Assembly (NCBI GenBank): GCA_041498975.1
Contig: JBGQJI010000039.1
Coordinates: 1-17,280, forward strand
DNA: 17,280 bases
DNA from: Candidatus Methylomirabilis sp.
GTDB lineage: Bacteria; Methylomirabilota; Methylomirabilia; Methylomirabilales; Methylomirabilaceae
Direction: 5' to 3'
Each line of letters starts with the position of its first letter. Position 1 is the first letter of the stretch. Both the position numbers and the translations under genes were made by a program. The notes below the pieces were generated by a model. It saw only the letters and a list, made by a program, of their open reading frames with translations, was not told the origin of the DNA and ran no database searches. Positions 1 through 7,357 of the stretch are shown one piece after another.

Positions 1-77
1 CGGCTTATTTGGTCGCTCGCGATGACAATGTAACCCCATGTAATGCGTTTGCCATAGTACCATTCCGCATCGCCAAA

Positions 78-476
78 TCATTCCTTCTTCGTGAATATAA
101 GGGCAACTGAATTGATACAATAACGCAGACGTGTCGGCTCCGGGCCGTCATGAAAGACGTGACCCAGGTGAGCGTCACACTTGTTGCAGAGCACCTCACT
201 TCGTCTCATGCCGAAGCTGTGATCAGTTTCAGTTCTGACAGCCCCGCTTCCGTTTGCTGCCCAGAAGCTCGGCCATCCTGTGCCGGAGTCGAACTTTGTT
301 TCTGAGCTGAATACGTCATTTCCACAACAGACGCACTGGAATGTTCCTTTTTCATGAAGGTCATAGTATTCGCCTGTGAAGGCCCTTTCTGTTCCCTTCT
401 TTCGAGTCACAGAGAACTGATCCTCGGTGAGTTGCTGTCTCCATTCTTCCTCAGTCTTGACAACTTTTTCGGCCAT
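78..476 (-). CDS. msrB: Peptide-methionine (R)-S-oxide reductase MsrB
   Basis: GTERAFTGEY, KFDSGTGWPSF, HLGHVF and catalytic RYCINS motifs; Zn ligands CVCC and CNKC; AAGGA RBS overlaps the upstream gene's stop codon. Confidence 0.97.
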   Translation of the reverse strand: MAEKVVKTEEEWRQQLTEDQFSVTRKKGTERAFTGEYYDLHEKGTFQCVCCGNDVFSSETKFDSGTGWPSFWAANGSGAVRTETDHSFGMRRSEVLCNKCDAHLGHVFHDGPEPTRLRYCINSVALIFTKKE

Positions 477-479
477 TCT

Positions 480-1325
480 TCATCCTTTCCATGCGCCTGA
501 CGTCGGGGTTGGCGGGTGATTTGCAGGTTGCTTGACACTCCTTTTGATGCCTGGGTCTCCGCAAAAGATGCAACGTTTCGAATTCTGATGATGCAGTTTG
601 GCGCAGAAGACCCTCTGAGCGCCTTCTGCCCGTAGGTACGCCTCAGCGGCTAACAGCATCCCGAGCGGCGGGGCGATGAAGTAGATCCACAGCGCGGTCC
701 AGACCTGCGCCGGTATGGCAGACCCAAGCGTTCGCGCCGGGTTCATGCTCATTCCAGAGAGCGGCGCTTCCAGGCTGATGTAGGTCGCGACAAGGACTCC
801 GGCGAAGAGCCCTGTGAAGCGGGCCAGGCGATCAGCATTAGAGGCGATCAGCACCACCGACATGAGGCCGAACGAGATGAAGAGCTCAGCTAGGAAGGCG
901 ATGCCGGGCCCGGCCGAACCGGGGACGGTGGCGGAGTAGTTGACGGAGGGGTGGGCGATCGAAGGCCCGAGCGCAGCTCCCGCCACCAATACCCCGGCAA
1001 TCCCCCCAGCGAATTGAGCTACGACGTAGAAGAAGGCGTCGCAGATCTTCACCTTTCCGAGCCGCAAGAAGGTCAACGTTACAGAGGGGTTGATATGCGC
1101 CCCTGATTGCTTCCCCCAAGGGGAGTAGATGATCCCGACAGCCGTCAGGCCCATCGCCAAACCTATGAGCATGCGCCGGAGCAGGGGATCCGAGATGGCC
1201 TGCCGGACGGGCGAGGAGGGGTGTTCGAGGATCACGACAAAGACGCAGGCGGAGATCATGAAGATACCAAGCCCGGCGCCTTCCATCAGATACTCGGGCC
1301 AATGCCGCTTCAACATCTCTAGCAT
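480..1325 (-). CDS. MIP/aquaporin family channel with a C-terminal Cys/His tail
   Basis: SGAHINPSVT (NPS variant) and SMNPART boxes; about 6 hydrophobic segments; tail CAKLHHQNSKRCIFCG. Confidence 0.93.
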   Translation of the reverse strand: MLEMLKRHWPEYLMEGAGLGIFMISACVFVVILEHPSSPVRQAISDPLLRRMLIGLAMGLTAVGIIYSPWGKQSGAHINPSVTLTFLRLGKVKICDAFFYVVAQFAGGIAGVLVAGAALGPSIAHPSVNYSATVPGSAGPGIAFLAELFISFGLMSVVLIASNADRLARFTGLFAGVLVATYISLEAPLSGMSMNPARTLGSAIPAQVWTALWIYFIAPPLGMLLAAEAYLRAEGAQRVFCAKLHHQNSKRCIFCGDPGIKRSVKQPANHPPTPTSGAWKG

Positions 1326-1363
1326 AATTGAGGGATTGCCGTCGCCTCCATCGGCTGGAGAGC

Positions 1364-3436
1364 CTATTGTTTCCTCCCTTTCCTTCCTTGATGGCGAGGC
1401 GGGTTTCCCTGCAGGCGCGCCGTTGCATCGAGCGTCGATGGGTCCAGATCATACACGTCCTCGACGGCGGAGCGAAGCAATTCCGCTACACTCCAGGCCT
1501 GGGCGATGCAGCCACGCGGCTTGTGCGGGGCGTCTCCGTCGAAGATCTCCGAGACCTGGCCGAGTCCGGCGTCGCGTACGTGTTCGCGGAATCCTGCCAG
1601 CCAGTTCATTGCCTTTTGGCGACCTTCACTGGTCCGGCCGTATAGGTTCATGTAGGCGGTGATGAAGGGTCCCATCAGCCACGCCCAAACCGTACCCTGG
1701 TGGTACGCCCCATCTCGGCTCCACTGGTTTCCCTCGTAGCGTCCACGGTACTGCGGATCGCCGGGCGCAAGAGTTCGCAGCCCGTAGGGCGTGAGAAGAT
1801 CGCGCTCCACCACGTCAACCACGCGTGTCGCCTTCTCGCCGGAAAGCATCGTATGGGGCAAGCTGACGGCGAAGATCTGGTTGGGCCGGATGGAGGCGTC
1901 GCGCGCCTCTCCGCTGACCACGTCATAAAGACACCCGGCCGCTTCGTTCCAGAATACGCGGTTGAAACTCCCGTTGGCGAGGGCCGCCATCTCGCCGTAA
2001 CGTTTCTCCCCTGGCTTGTCGCCGAACTTATCCGCCAGGCGCTCCATCACGCGCAGCGCGTTGTACCAGAGCGCTTGAATCTCGACGGCCTTGCCATACC
2101 GGGGTGTCACGACCCAGTCGCCGACCTTGGCGTCCATCCAGGTCAGTTGGACGCCGGCTTCGCCCGAGGCGAGCAGTCCATCCTCCTCCATGCGAATGGC
2201 GTACCGCGTCCCACCGACGTGCCAGCCGATGATGTCGGTCAGCACGTCATACAGGTTCGTGTGGACGAACTTGTAATCGCCAGTGTAGTGGAGAAGTGCC
2301 CGCACGGCCTCGAAGAACCACAGCGTGGCATCCACGGTGTTGTATTCGGGCTGCTCGCCCGCGTCCGGGAATCGATTCGGGAGCATTCCGCGGTCCACGT
2401 GGCGGGCGAAGGCCAGCAGGATGCTCTTGGCCACATCCGCGCGGCCCGTGACAAGCGTCAAACCGGGGAGCGCGATCATCGTGTCGCGACCCCAATCGCC
2501 GAACCAGTGGTAGCCGGCGATCACCGTCCGCTGATCGCCCCGTGCGACGATGTATTGATCGGCCGCCGCCACGAGCGTCCGGACAAACTCATCGTCAATG
2601 GCGGATGCGGTAAGCACTGCCTTTCGCCGATCGATCTCTGCCTGCCGGTATTCGGAGACGCGCCTGACATCTCGGCGCTCCGTCGAAGCGATGACGGTCG
2701 CCCTTGTGCGATGCGTCAGGTCGAACCTCAGCGCGAAGGGGCTGAAGAGATCTTCGGCGAAGTCGAGCCCGCGCTCTCGTTCCACCGTGTACTCAAAGTT
2801 GCGAAACCAGTAGTGCGTCGTATCTAGCTCATCGGCATCGTGGGCGAGGTGCAGGGCGGGGAGCCCCTGGTAAGGCGCCACGGTGGCCGCACCCGGGTCA
2901 GACTGGACATGGGGGTCGAGGGCGTCGTTTTCGTGGGTCGTCCCGTGATAATCGCGAAACGCAATGAGCGGTCGGACCTCAAGCTGCAAGCTTCCGGAGG
3001 CTGGACGTGACGGCGAGGTCGACCCCTTCCCGTTGGCGCGAAGCTCGTACTGCACGATTGTGGTGTTCTCGCCGTGGATCATGAACACGGACTTCTCAAT
3101 CTCCAACCCGTCGATCTCATACGTGAACACGGGGAAGGGATCGAGCCGGAACCGCTTGAGGTAGTGGTAGCCCTGCGGATGGACGACGCCCGGATACTGG
3201 TTGGCCGAAAGCTCGAATCGCTGCCCATCGATGATGACGGTCTCTTCCAGCTTCGAGAGCAGGACCAGGCGGCCGACCGGCGGCTTGGTGGCGGCGATGA
3301 GCAGCCCGTGATAGCGCCGCGTGTTGAGTCCCACGATGGTGGAGGAGGCAAATCCGCCAAGCCCGTTTGTCTCGAGCCACTCACGCTTCGACGCGGCGGC
3401 CAGGTCGCCGCACATCTCTTGAGAGAACTGGATCAT
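1364..3436 (-). CDS. Glycogen debranching enzyme / amylo-alpha-1,6-glucosidase, archaeal type (GDE_N + GDE_C), about 690 aa
   Basis: Motifs [69 protein letters not shown]. Start moved from TTG 3517 to ATG 3436, which follows a purine-rich RBS (GAGGGGAAGG). Confidence 0.92.
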   Translation of the reverse strand: MIQFSQEMCGDLAAASKREWLETNGLGGFASSTIVGLNTRRYHGLLIAATKPPVGRLVLLSKLEETVIIDGQRFELSANQYPGVVHPQGYHYLKRFRLDPFPVFTYEIDGLEIEKSVFMIHGENTTIVQYELRANGKGSTSPSRPASGSLQLEVRPLIAFRDYHGTTHENDALDPHVQSDPGAATVAPYQGLPALHLAHDADELDTTHYWFRNFEYTVERERGLDFAEDLFSPFALRFDLTHRTRATVIASTERRDVRRVSEYRQAEIDRRKAVLTASAIDDEFVRTLVAAADQYIVARGDQRTVIAGYHWFGDWGRDTMIALPGLTLVTGRADVAKSILLAFARHVDRGMLPNRFPDAGEQPEYNTVDATLWFFEAVRALLHYTGDYKFVHTNLYDVLTDIIGWHVGGTRYAIRMEEDGLLASGEAGVQLTWMDAKVGDWVVTPRYGKAVEIQALWYNALRVMERLADKFGDKPGEKRYGEMAALANGSFNRVFWNEAAGCLYDVVSGEARDASIRPNQIFAVSLPHTMLSGEKATRVVDVVERDLLTPYGLRTLAPGDPQYRGRYEGNQWSRDGAYHQGTVWAWLMGPFITAYMNLYGRTSEGRQKAMNWLAGFREHVRDAGLGQVSEIFDGDAPHKPRGCIAQAWSVAELLRSAVEDVYDLDPSTLDATARLQGNPPRHQGRKGRKQ

Positions 3437-3458
3437 CGTCCAAGCCTTCCCCTCTTGC

Positions 3459-3491
3459 CTATCTTTGACGGCGCCTAGGGGAGAAAGATGC
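3459..3491 (-). promoter_or_regulatory. Putative ECF-sigma promoter upstream of the debranching enzyme (GCATC-N16-CGTC)
   Basis: Minus strand GCATCTTTCTCCCCTAGGCGCCGTCAAAGATAG; 23/33 identical, with the same spacing, to the motif at 3814-3846. CGTC is a common ECF -10 core. Confidence 0.65.
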
Positions 3492-3513
3492 AGGGAATCG
3501 AGGGTGAGGGTGC

Positions 3514-3759
3514 TCAATGGACAAGAGTCAAGCGTTTGATCCGTCTTTCCAGGAATCGTTGAATCCGATTCCGCGCGTCAGGGGAGATCTCCTTACAGGG
3601 CAGAGTTCGGAGGGCCTCGATGCTCTTCCGGTATGTCTCAAAGAAGGCCACGCAATCTCTGCAATCGAGGAGGTGCCTGCCCCAGGCCAACTTCGTCTGG
3701 GAGTCAAGCGATCCGGATAGATACTCGACGATCAGGGCGGTCACCCCTCGACAATTCAT
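3514..3759 (-). CDS. Soluble zinc-finger (zf-HC2/ZAS) anti-sigma factor, copy 2
   Basis: C-x25-HLLDCRDC (Cx25HxxxCxxC); no transmembrane segment; GAGG RBS. Confidence 0.88.
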   Translation of the reverse strand: MNCRGVTALIVEYLSGSLDSQTKLAWGRHLLDCRDCVAFFETYRKSIEALRTLPCKEISPDARNRIQRFLERRIKRLTLVH

Positions 3760-3813
3760 TCCGATTCCTCAAGTGGCGTTCGGTGAACGATGAACGTGCC
3801 ACTCTTATCTCAT

Positions 3814-3846
3814 CTAGTTTAGACGTTGCAAAGGACAGAAGGATGC
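3814..3846 (-). promoter_or_regulatory. Putative ECF-sigma promoter upstream of anti-sigma copy 2
   Basis: Minus strand GCATCCTTCTGTCCTTTGCAACGTCTAAACTAG; intergenic; matches 3459-3491. Confidence 0.65.
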
Positions 3847-3880
3847 GCGCTGGTGAGGAAAGCGAGGAGAGTCGAGGGGG

Positions 3881-4189
3881 TTAACCGCCGCTCGGGTATC
3901 CCTGGATTCTGGAACGGAGGAACTGTCGGAGCCGTGTCCGCATTTCCGGAGGGATAGACCGATACGCCAAAAATCGGGTCGCCTGGATCGTTTTCTGGTA
4001 GGTGCTCAAGAAGGCGATGCAGTCCGGGCACTTCCGCAAATGCGCCTTGAACGCCAGGGTCGTCTCGGTGGCCAGTTCCCCGGTCACATAGTCCACGATC
4101 AAGCCGGTGACTTGTTGACAGGTGATATCTGTCCTTCTCGGGGTGGGGCGCTGCGCCGAATTTCGCGTGACCATCCTGCGAGGCTTCAT
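3881..4189 (-). CDS. Soluble zinc-finger (zf-HC2/ZAS) anti-sigma factor, copy 1
   Basis: C-x25-HLRKCPDC; directly downstream of the ECF sigma gene. Start uncertain (TTG 4195, ATG 4189 or a later ATG). Confidence 0.88.
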   Translation of the reverse strand: MKPRRMVTRNSAQRPTPRRTDITCQQVTGLIVDYVTGELATETTLAFKAHLRKCPDCIAFLSTYQKTIQATRFLAYRSIPPEMRTRLRQFLRSRIQGYPSGG

Positions 4190-4197
4190 CAACAAGG

Positions 4198-4923
4198 TTA
4201 GGAGGGTGAGTAGCCGAGAGAGACCGCTAACCTCCCCCGAAGGAAAAGGCGAGCGCGGTGGAGCCGCGCCTTGACCGCCGGAATGCTCAGCCCTAAGCCC
4301 TCACAGATCTCGCGATTCGAGAGCCCTTCAAGGTCGCTCATGACGATCACGGCCTTATCCACATGCGGGAGTTGATCGAGAGCCTCGCGGAGGAGCCGCT
4401 GCAGCTCTTTTTTCTCGAGCCGCTGGTCGAGCTCGTCCTCCCAATTGACCACCGGCCTCACCTTATGGTGTCCATCCTGCTGGAAACGGGGCAGATAATC
4501 GTCCAGGTAGACCTCGTTTCTCCTCTTTCTCTTGCGAAGCCTGGTAAGGGCCACATTCATCGTGAGGCGGTAGAGCCATGTCGAGAAGGCTGAGTCGCCT
4601 CGGAACGTCCTGATCTTCTCGTAGATCGCCAGGAAGACGTCCTGAACGACCTCTTCCGTCTCCGCCTCGTTTCCGATGAGCCTGAACACCTGCCGGTGGA
4701 CCTGGGCGACATACCGGCGGAAGATCGCATCGAAGGCCTCGTATTCGCCAGCCTTCACCCGGTCGATCAGAAGCCGCTCTTCCTCGTGGGAAATCTGGCT
4801 ACTTGCTCTGGTTGCTCTGGAAGGAAGGACTCCTGTCGATCCTCTCTGGCCCACTGTTGCCACCCTCGCGCCTTTGTCCTGCGGACGCGACCCGATAGCA
4901 CCTACTTCTCGAGAGTTTGGCAT
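4198..4923 (-). CDS. ECF RNA polymerase sigma-70 factor (RpoE/SigW-like)
   Basis: Region 2 EEVVQDVFL..FRGDSAFSTWLYRLTMN; region 4 LDQLP..DLEGLSNREICEGLGLSIPAVKARLHRAR. The start of the ~45-aa N-terminal extension is uncertain. Confidence 0.95.
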   Translation of the reverse strand: MPNSREVGAIGSRPQDKGARVATVGQRGSTGVLPSRATRASSQISHEEERLLIDRVKAGEYEAFDAIFRRYVAQVHRQVFRLIGNEAETEEVVQDVFLAIYEKIRTFRGDSAFSTWLYRLTMNVALTRLRKRKRRNEVYLDDYLPRFQQDGHHKVRPVVNWEDELDQRLEKKELQRLLREALDQLPHVDKAVIVMSDLEGLSNREICEGLGLSIPAVKARLHRARLFLRGRLAVSLGYSPS

Positions 4924-5009
4924 TCCCCTGCTCGTATGTCCTCTTCGATCTTCCTTCGTATGGCCCTAGCCATGTCGCCTTGATGGTTCTCCTCTTTCCC
5001 CTTCGTCTC

Positions 5010-5045
5010 GAGCAGAGGGCCGGACGCGCTACCGGCCCTCTGCTC
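5010..5045. terminator. Perfect 14-bp GC-rich stem-loop (terminator-like or mRNA-stabilising; no U-tract)
   Basis: GAGCAGAGGGCCGG (5010-5023), 8-nt loop, CCGGCCCTCTGCTC (5032-5045); 25 nt downstream of the stop at 5071. Confidence 0.6.
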
Positions 5046-5070
5046 TGACGGCATTACCTCTACGAGCCAC

Positions 5071-5376
5071 TTACTTGCAGAGACCAGGGGCGAATCCGCT
5101 CACGAGCAGCGCGTCAGGGACGCTCGCGCAGTAGTCGCTTGTGGCTTTGTCCATCATCTTGGTCATGGCACCGGCTCTGGCGGAAAGCCTCTGTAGTTCG
5201 GCCTGGATAGACGTGATCTCCGCCTTGAGGGCCATGAGGTCGACCGCAGTCGCCTTCATCATGCCCATGTCGGCGTCCATCTTTTCCGCATTCGCCGGGG
5301 CGACGGAGAATCCGGGCCCCCCGACGGTCAGAACGAGCGCGGCGATCAGTCCTACAATCACCATGGTGCTTGTCAT
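5071..5376 (-). CDS. Small secreted Met-rich hypothetical protein (101 aa)
   Basis: Strong RBS AGGAGGTG before ATG 5376; hydrophobic leader ending A-N-A; mature part has 8 Met in 71 aa, a short coiled-coil-like stretch and 2 C-terminal Cys. Confidence 0.8.
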   Translation of the reverse strand: MTSTMVIVGLIAALVLTVGGPGFSVAPANAEKMDADMGMMKATAVDLMALKAEITSIQAELQRLSARAGAMTKMMDKATSDYCASVPDALLVSGFAPGLCK

Positions 5377-5413
5377 CTTTCTCTCACCTCCTCTCAAGTA
5401 ACATTCTTGGTCC

Positions 5414-5794
5414 TCAGGCGTCAGAGGTACCGGGATGGCGTGAGGCGCACGCCTCGCGAATGGCAGCCAGCAGGGTCTCTCGTGCCAGGGGCTTTTCCAG
5501 GACCCTGAAGGCGCCAGCTTGCAACAACTGATGGGTAGAGTACGCAGAAGCCTGGCTGGCCAGCAGCATGATCGGGGTGTGAGGCGCGACTTCGTTGAGA
5601 AGGGAGAGGGCCGTCACACCGTTGAAGCCGGGCAGGTGCATATCCAGCAAGAGGAGATCATACTCCTCGGCCATGAGGATTCGGACGGCATCTGTCAGGT
5701 TGTCCAGCACTCGCACTTCTATCCCTTCCTTCCTGGCAAAGGAGCTGACTTGCTCGCCATCGTGATAATCGTCGTCCACTACAAGAATCCGCAT
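5414..5794 (-). CDS. Stand-alone response regulator receiver (CheY-like) protein, 126 aa
   Basis: MRILVVDDD, DLLLLDMHLPGFNG (phospho-acceptor Asp), LEKP; GAGG RBS before ATG 5794. Confidence 0.9.
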   Translation of the reverse strand: MRILVVDDDYHDGEQVSSFARKEGIEVRVLDNLTDAVRILMAEEYDLLLLDMHLPGFNGVTALSLLNEVAPHTPIMLLASQASAYSTHQLLQAGAFRVLEKPLARETLLAAIREACASRHPGTSDA

Positions 5795-5844
5795 CGATTC
5801 CTCTTCTGGTCCTCTTCTCGCTGTAAGCAACCGCGACCAGGAGG

Positions 5845-5860
5845 AGCAAGGGGAGTGCCA
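5845..5860 (-). promoter_or_regulatory. Sigma54 (-24/-12) promoter
   Basis: Minus strand TGGCAC-TCCCC-TTGCT matches TGGCAC-N5-TTGCW; about 50 nt upstream of ATG 5794 and next to a sigma54 activator gene. Confidence 0.85.
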
Positions 5861-5935
5861 GGAGGGCTCCGCTATGGAAGTGCCGAATTCCAATGAGTCG
5901 TCCTGCGACGGCGGTAAAACGGGAGGGCCGCCCAG

Positions 5936-5984
5936 TCGGGTGATTAGCCCGAACTTGGCCTTTGCGATCGGGCATGTTGCCGGG
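5936..5984. promoter_or_regulatory. Candidate tandem enhancer (UAS) for the adjacent sigma54 activator
   Basis: Palindrome TCGGG-N7-CCCGA (5936-5952) and related TCGGGCATGTTGCCGGG (5968-5984); centres 32 bp apart and about 85-115 bp upstream of the -24 box. Confidence 0.5.
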
Positions 5985-5993
5985 CCGGTCTGC

Positions 5994-7349
5994 CTAGGCG
6001 AGGTATTCTTCGGGGCGTATCTGGTAGGCGAGAACCTTGCGGTAGAGGGTCTTGGGGTCGATGCCGAGGATGGCGGCGGCCTTTCCCCGATGGCCTTTCA
6101 CCTGCTGAAGAACGTCCACGATATGCTTCCGTTCCAATGCGTCAAGTCGGCGGGGCGTCGGTCCCCCCGTCTGGATGCCGGCCTGGATGTCGAGAGGCAG
6201 ATCTTGTCCCTCGATTGCCTCTCCGGGTGCCAGCATCAGGGCGCGCTGGATCACGTGCTTGAGTTCCCGAACATTGCCCGGCCAGCTATACTGCACCAGG
6301 GCGTTGGCCGCTTCCTCAGACAGTCGCATCGGCGAAAAAGGCGGGCGATCGGCGAGAAAGTGGTCGGCAAGCAACAGGATATCCTCAGGCCGCTCCCGCA
6401 AGGGCGGAAGGGTGATGGAGACTGAATTGATCCGATAGAAAAGATCCTGTCGGAACTGTCCCTGGCGGACCGCTTCGGCCAGGTCCTTATTCGTCGCGCT
6501 CACGACCCGGACATCCACCTGCCGGGGCTGGGTTCCCCCCACGCGATAGAACGACTGGGTTTCAAGCGCCCTGAGCAGTTTCACCTGGCTTTCGAGCGGC
6601 ATCTCGCCGATCTCGTCCAGAAAGACTGTCCCCTTATCGGCCATCTCGAAGAGGCCCGGCTTTGTGGCGTGCGCGCCGGTGAAGGCGCCCCGCTCGTGGC
6701 CGAAGAGCTCGCTTTCCAGGATTTCCCGGTGGAGCCCCCCGCAGTGGATGGCGACGAACGGGCCAGCCTTCCTGGGCGACCGTCCATGCAGGGCCCTGGC
6801 CACCAGTTCCTTGCCGGTGCCGCTCTCTCCGAGAATCAGGACCGAGGAGTCGGTCGGGGCGGCGCGGTTGATCAGCTTCAGCACCTCTAACATCTTGGGG
6901 CTTTGAGTGATCAGGCCGGACCACTCCTCGGTCGTCTGCAGCTTCGCACGGAGAAGGAGATTCTCACTGGAGAGACGCCGCTTTTCGAACGCCTTTCGGA
7001 CGAGGAGGTCCAGCTTCTCGATCTTGCACGGTTTGGTCACGTAATCGTACGCTCCCAGCTTGACCGCCTCGATGGCTGTGGGGACGCTGCCGAACCCGGT
7101 CATGACGATGATCTCCGGTGAATCAGGCCGTTCCTTCAACCGGCGCATCACCTCGATGCCGTCCAGGCCCGGCATCTTGAGATCGAGCAGGACGATATCT
7201 GCTACGTTGTCCTGCAAGAGCTCCAGCGCCTCTGCACCGTCTTTGGCGGCGCCGGTCTGGTGCCCACGTCGCTCCAACTCGCGGACCAGCACCTTCCGAA
7301 AGTTCGGTTCATCGTCAACCACCAGCACTCGGATCGGATGTGGCTCCAT
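5994..7349 (-). CDS. NtrC/ZraR/AtoC-family sigma54-dependent response regulator (REC-AAA+-HTH), 451 aa
   Basis: RVLVVDDE...LLDLKMP receiver; GESGTGKE, ESELFGHERGAFTGA, FLDEIGE, FRQDLFYR, WPGNVREL; Fis-type HTH AAAILGIDPKTLYRK. Start ATG 7349 follows a GAGGAG RBS. Confidence 0.96.
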   Translation of the reverse strand: MEPHPIRVLVVDDEPNFRKVLVRELERRGHQTGAAKDGAEALELLQDNVADIVLLDLKMPGLDGIEVMRRLKERPDSPEIIVMTGFGSVPTAIEAVKLGAYDYVTKPCKIEKLDLLVRKAFEKRRLSSENLLLRAKLQTTEEWSGLITQSPKMLEVLKLINRAAPTDSSVLILGESGTGKELVARALHGRSPRKAGPFVAIHCGGLHREILESELFGHERGAFTGAHATKPGLFEMADKGTVFLDEIGEMPLESQVKLLRALETQSFYRVGGTQPRQVDVRVVSATNKDLAEAVRQGQFRQDLFYRINSVSITLPPLRERPEDILLLADHFLADRPPFSPMRLSEEAANALVQYSWPGNVRELKHVIQRALMLAPGEAIEGQDLPLDIQAGIQTGGPTPRRLDALERKHIVDVLQQVKGHRGKAAAILGIDPKTLYRKVLAYQIRPEEYLA

Positions 7350-7357
7350 GCGGCTCC

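Noticed and set aside
12..60. CTCGCGATGACA and TGCGTTTGCCATAGT, reminiscent of REP or MITE ends
   Set aside because: Any partner arm would lie outside the window; cannot be supported here.
1700..2827. 375-aa plus-strand ORF
   Set aside because: Antisense shadow of the debranching enzyme gene in GC-rich DNA; no recognisable motifs.
3437..3517. TTG-start extension of the debranching enzyme
   Set aside because: The segment holds a promoter-like motif and an RBS for ATG 3436.
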